Shown piece by piece: positions 58,897 to 64,000 of a stretch of DNA of 64,000 nt. The position numbers were made by a program, and so were the translations under genes. This DNA comes from Perkinsus chesapeaki ATCC PRA-425. Its lineage: Eukaryota; Protista; Perkinsozoa. Position 1 is the first letter of the stretch; the number at the start of each line of letters is the position of its first letter. Below the pieces are notes generated by a model. The model was given only the letters and a program-made list of their open reading frames with translations. It made no database searches and was not told the origin of the DNA. Location of the stretch: NCBI GenBank assembly GCA_013115145.1, contig JAAPAO010000027.1, positions 1-64,000 of the forward strand, given 5' to 3'.

Positions 58897-61818
58897 TTAA
58901 TCGCTCCCGAATGCGGGTTTATTGGACACTGGTGGTGGTTGGGCGAGGACCCTGGTCAGGAGTTCTTCGAAAATCCTGAGAAAGATATGCAATCGGGGCC
59001 AGAGTAGGACGATCTCACCTGTTCTGTTCAGGTACATCCACCGAGACATCTACCTCTTCCTGAACTATGGCATCGGACATATCCGTCGGAGTTCGTCCAC
59101 ATAATTTACTAAACTTGGATCTCTTTCTTTCCGCATGCAGCTGCTGTCTGATCCTAAAAGATACTATCTAAGGTAACGCGCGTTCGTCTACGTAACAAGG
59201 TAACTTCCGATTACGGACCGTAAATTACGGTAATCAGGTCACCGAATATCAGATGCACCACGCGGTAGGAAATGGATTGCCTAGCTTTCCGTACTTACGC
59301 TGCCACAGTTCTGTTAAGACTGACAACCTCGGCATCTTTTTCAAGAAGCAGCTGTCGTCTAGCAACGTCCTCTTCTGCCAATACTCGCACCTTCTCTCGA
59401 CCATCTTTAAGTCGATCCCGGAGCATCTCAATCTCACCGGCCTGAGGTAAACGTATTGCACGAACCACCCCAGCCGAGGCCAACCTGGCTCGCTATGAAT
59501 CCATCAGCATCCTCCGACCTAGATTTAACTTCTTCCAGTTGTTCAGCAAGCTCCTCAACGACGAGCCTGTTACTAGCAGCCTGCGCTACAAGCTGTGCTT
59601 CTGCCTTTTCACGAGCCTACGATGACCCCTCTCAAAGGAAAGTGGGGTGACAATCCGGACCTCTTTTTCTTTTTTCAGTTCATCCTCAATCTTCTCCAGC
59701 TCTGCTATCGATGCGTCTTTTGTTTCTCTAGCCGAGCTTAAGGACTCTACGGTCGCATCGTGGTCTCTTTGCAGTCTTTCGCGTTGCTTCTCGGACTCTG
59801 ACAACGCAGCAATCCGGAGACTAATACTCTCGCTACTCTCAGAGGTTGATCCTAAACTTTATGAGTCTGGCTACGAATACTAAATTGATAGGAAAGCGTG
59901 GTCTTCCTCTCAGTAGAGAGCGCAATACATTATGTATTTGTTGGGGTTTCGGCCAGAGTATAACTCAAGCGACTAGTACGAGCCTGGTACTACCAGGGCT
60001 GGGCAGTGGACTACTGCCAGCTGGCCACCGAGGAACAGTCCATCCTGTCGAAGTTACAGTATTGCCCGCATGGCCACCTGCCTTGCGGCGGGCGTGTGTG
60101 TACTATCGGCCCGCCTGTCGTCGCACTGTGAGGTGCTCCCACCGGGAATCAGGGCAGGTTACTGATCGATTATGCTTATAGGCAATCGATCATTGATAAT
60201 ATCGGAGAAATTCGACGCACTGCAATCAACGCTGCTCGAGCCCTTACCTTTCAAATCCCTTTCCGCCTTGCCCTTCTCTTCCTCCACCTCAGCCAGCTTC
60301 ACTTTTAATTCTGCCAACTCAGCAAGCGTCGCCTCGACATTGCGCGGAGGCGGCTCGAAGAGCTTCTTGCCGATGTTAGATCCGCCACTGAGAGATTGGA
60401 ACGGCGATAGCACGTGAATTGCTTACTGCGGGCCTTACTCGGGTGTCGCTAGATCCGAACATGGATCAATTTCATCCAGCAAGTCGTCGGCACGTGCGCC
60501 TGAAGGACAGCTAGTCGGAACAGTGCAATCCATATATTTTTGGCTACCTGCCGAAATCTCGCTTTCGAAGTCACCGAGTTGATCAACTTTTTCCGGACTT
60601 CTGAAAACCTTCCTGTCCGTTCGACCTTCCTTTTCCACCCTCACTTTTCCACAATAACATCGTCTGGAATTCTTCCAACAGCTTCAACGACACGGTCTTC
60701 TGGCAGTTCAATTTCGGCTACTATTCGGGACGGCGACTCATCTGCAACGGCGTACAAATCATCACGAACAAGCCTGCTACTTGTAGTGCTATAATTGATG
60801 GAAACCTTCGGTTTGCCTTTTACCGGCTCGGGACTGACTTGAGCTGAGGATCTCTGGTCCGTATTCGAGAAGAGCCACGACTGTGAAACTCTAGCGGCCT
60901 GAGACCGGGTATCGAGTACTTGGAACTCCTCGGACATTCCAACGAGTGCTGCATAAGCACGTCATCCAGACGCCATGATCGACGATTTGCACGACCTCTC
61001 TTCCTTGTAATAGAGAAATTGATATACAAGCACACTTTCAATCGTGCAGATTGCAAACGGCCTCATACAGACTGGCCAAACAATTGTCCAGCGCCGGTCT
61101 GAGTGAGTTATCGATCGAATTGTTCAGAGATTAAAGCTCATGCGGAGGTAAATCATCGCATACCTCAATAAAGGGCTGCGAGTTTCTGATCCCACGATAC
61201 GAAATTCATTATTAAATTCGATCGATAACGCATCTAGATCGACGCTGGACAATTTCTGACCAGTCTGTGTGGTAAATAATACCACACCCGACAGCCGACA
61301 AACAATGCTCAATAAAAACCTACCAATTCCTCACGAGAGCTTTTCCCGTTCTTGTATTGCTCAACCGCCTGCTGGTAATACTGATCGTACCTATGTCGAA
61401 AATGAGCCGGATATCTCCACAGCTGATGCCACGCACGGATGATCCCAAACACTTTCCTTTGTCTTAGTATTGTGAAAGAACACATCACCACTCGCTGTCT
61501 GGCACTGTACCCAAGGCTGCGGTATCGGCGTCCTCAGCGCCTAAGATGCCATCCATTGAAGACCACCACCAGCCGGCTTCTACCTGCTTGGCGATCCAGA
61601 ACAGGTCGCGATCCTTCACCTTGTCCAATCCAAGCCAGAGAGCGTAGTCCTCGATCTCCTGCTCCGTTGGCTCCTCAGGTATCTGAGTTATTCCAGCATC
61701 AAGGTTCGGCGAAGCGTCCCTAACGGATGCTCACCTGCTGAGTTTTCCCCGACGACAGTCCAACGATTTTTCCAAGAACCGTAGCTTGAGCTTTCGCGGT
61801 TGCGGCTGTGGCTGCCAT
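58897..61818 (-). CDS. CEP164: CEP164-like protein: N-terminal WW domain plus long coiled coil (multi-exon)
   Basis: Spliced N-terminus IPEEPTEQEIEDYALWLGLDKVKDRDLFWIAKQALRTPIPQPWVQCQTASGDVFFHNTKTKESVWDHPYDQYYQQ matches the CEP164 pre-WW helix plus WW. Downstream exons are coiled-coil (LAELAELKVKLAEVEEEK). Internal exons and 3' end are tentative. Confidence 0.72.
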
Positions 61819-62167
61819 TTCCAATTAAAATCTCACCGTGCCAATTGCTCACTTTGCGGAATGGTATGCAGAAAGCAATGCCATGATTCTCTATCAGAAC
61901 ATCACATAACAACAGCAGCTTTATCAACCAACATGTGAATCAAGTGAATAGCACGAGATAGATATATAAAGAGAACTGCTACAAAAACAGCCCCATGAGC
62001 TGATTAAAATTTTAAAGCAGCTTTTTTGTTGCATAGGGAAGAAGAATCTACCGAAGTCCCTCTGGTCATGCCTCGGGGGGCACCGCTTTGATGCATAATA
62101 GTGCAAAATTCGCTTCCTGACGTTCAAGGAGCCTACGTACGTTTCACCGCCAGTGACATGAGCTCCA

Positions 62168-63322
62168 CTACATCTGGACAATATCAATCCAACCACCAGA
62201 AAGGTTAAAGAACGACTCATGTGCAGCAAAGAAGGGATAACCAAGAACCAGGACATCCGACTCTTTGCCGTCACGCAGATGAAGTATACATCCGTCCTCA
62301 TCGCACAAAGAAGTGTAATGCTCGGGCTTGATGATGACGCTAAGGAGCCCATGATCGCTATTTCCAAGCCTGTATTTCAGTGATGGGAGACAATCAATAG
62401 CATCTTCACGGATCAGCCAGTGATCTATCTCCGAGTCCCGCCAGATACTTCGCGTTGCAGAACGGCGCCTAACATTATTATTACTCTTCTTCATGTAGCA
62501 ATCGTTGGTCTCCTCTATAATGACAGCCAGATCAGATGATGGTATTTGAATGCAGTCATCCCCGGTATCGAATAGGGCTACAGGCTTTGACGAGGAGGCA
62601 GCAGATCTGATGCGACCAACCGTGAGGATACCGCCTTCCGGCTTGACAATCGTGACGCGAACAAGATCGACTAGAAACTGTCTCAGCTCCCCGTCTCTAG
62701 GAGGGACGAAGCGAGCGCGGTTCACCCTCCCAGATCTCGAACTACCAGCATCGGATGTACCGAGAACCAGCGTACCGCAAAAACCGTGACCATGAGCAGG
62801 CAGAATCGAGAAGGCGAGATCGTCAACAATATGAGCGTCCTCAAGCTGTTGTAGGAGCGATAAGGGTACCGTGGGCCTCGGAAATGAGAGACCTAGCAAA
62901 CCGTCTGGGTGGCTGTCTGGAAGGACAGAGTCGTACCCGATTACCAAACCAAAAGTGAATGAAGGGAGTGTGACGTTGCCGATACCGAGCGTGTCTTCGT
63001 GAGCTACTACGGTAACATTCTCTCTGCCATGAGCGAAGAAGATTTTCCAGCGATGTCTCTTGTAGACATCATCACAAAGGCGTGGATCAGGACAGAAATA
63101 GCACCCACTAGGAAGCTGATCGCACGCGCCTGGGCCATACTTTTTCTCATACCAGTCACCGTAGACGGCAAAGGTTTCAGGCAAAGCGGAGTCAACGTTG
63201 AGGAGAAGAGACTGACCGCCTAGAGAGAGCGGTACAAGACCGTCATCATGAAGAGGTAGTGTAATTTCACAAGGGACTCCCAACACCATCACCGACAATG
63301 TAAGGAAGGAAAGCAGCATCAT
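62168..63322 (-). CDS. Secreted pepsin-like (A1) aspartic protease with divergent catalytic motifs, single exon
   Basis: Signal peptide MMLLSFLTLSVMVLG; lobe-1 motif NVDSAL, FTFGLV, DGLLGLSF, FSI...GTLVLG, lobe-2 motif LFDTGD and C-terminal LVLGYPFF...FFNL. This is the A1 fold pattern. Confidence 0.85.
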   Translation of the reverse strand: MMLLSFLTLSVMVLGVPCEITLPLHDDGLVPLSLGGQSLLLNVDSALPETFAVYGDWYEKKYGPGACDQLPSGCYFCPDPRLCDDVYKRHRWKIFFAHGRENVTVVAHEDTLGIGNVTLPSFTFGLVIGYDSVLPDSHPDGLLGLSFPRPTVPLSLLQQLEDAHIVDDLAFSILPAHGHGFCGTLVLGTSDAGSSRSGRVNRARFVPPRDGELRQFLVDLVRVTIVKPEGGILTVGRIRSAASSSKPVALFDTGDDCIQIPSSDLAVIIEETNDCYMKKSNNNVRRRSATRSIWRDSEIDHWLIREDAIDCLPSLKYRLGNSDHGLLSVIIKPEHYTSLCDEDGCILHLRDGKESDVLVLGYPFFAAHESFFNLSGGWIDIVQM

Positions 63323-63734
63323 CTAAAGTATCTGAAACCGGCAAACCGCGCTGTCAAAAAAGCGCGCGGCCGTAGTTGGGGAGCGCGCACGCCCGAAATA
63401 TTATCTTATCAACGCAACCTCAATCTCTCTACGGCAGAGGTAGAGACTTGAACGATGCCGGCTGACGGCTGACGAACTGGAGAGGGACGTGCTTATATAT
63501 CAACTTGGATTAACCACGCTCATCTGGATCTCCGAAATCCTAAAATTGACAATGAATAGTCGACAAACGGAGAGCTCACTTGCTGATCTTGGCTGCTATG
63601 ATTGAGCGTCCAGTAGGCAACGAGGCGATTGAAAATGTCTAGTGGGAGAGAGAGGGAGCAGAAACCCCACAGGTACCTGAGAATGGCCTAAGCCTAATAT
63701 ACGGAAGAAAGGTAGCTCACCAGTATTTACAACG

Positions 63735-63927
63735 TGAATCAGCGAATCTTCTTCGAACGTGCGCAGGCTTCGTCAGGACCTGAAATCTTAGATGGTCCGG
63801 CAGCTAAGGCACGAACGCACCTCAGCTGTTGTCAAATTGAGTAGCATGAAGCACGTTTGTCGGAGGAAGAGAGACACGACGAACCCTGCCCACAGGAAAT
63901 TGGCCGCAGCGAAGAGAACCTACAGAA
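63735..63927 (+). CDS. Possible exons of an unidentified gene running off the right edge
   Basis: Short open segments (QRIFFERAQASSGPEILDGPAAK; EARLSEEERHDEPCPQEIGRSEENLQKSP followed by a GTGAG donor). No identification possible. Confidence 0.2.
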
Positions 63928-64000
63928 GTCTCCCGGGTGAGCGTGGACGCATCTGGAATGTTTTAGAAGGAATGCTCAATCCCGTCAAGGCTATCAGCAT

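Noticed and set aside
1-64000. Prokaryotic defence island, operon, prophage or intact transposon/retroelement
   Set aside because: Spliceosomal introns throughout; no RT, integrase, transposase, LTR or cas signatures were recognised.

Overview
This window is eukaryotic, intron-rich DNA with mostly 40-60 nt introns, some 200-550 nt introns and two probable GC-AG introns. The ORF track therefore fragments most genes, and I rebuilt the gene models by hand. Style and content suggest an alveolate, most likely Perkinsus (inference, not a database result). Recognisable genes are a PrsW-family intramembrane metalloprotease, a RIIAD1-like D/D protein, mitochondrial ribosomal protein uS9m, a DEDDh (TREX-like) exonuclease, RPL32, a 4-KH-domain protein, a family I pyrophosphatase, a CtIP/Sae2 homologue, YKT6, a CEP164-like WW/coiled-coil protein and a divergent A1 aspartic protease. 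About half the window is three tandem paralog arrays I cannot assign to a named family. (1) Four 3-TM proteins in A-B-A-B order (11.5-18.3 kb). (2) Five genes with an N-terminal ubiquitin-like domain, a basic NLS-like patch (4 of 5), an optional TPR-like module and a conserved novel C-terminal helical domain (19.0-37.4 kb). This is the strongest candidate for an undescribed system, possibly a Crinkler-like UBL-headed effector array. (3) Three small secreted 8-Cys proteins (53.4-58.3 kb). No CRISPR array, rRNA, complete tRNA or intact transposon was found. All exon boundaries are manual predictions.
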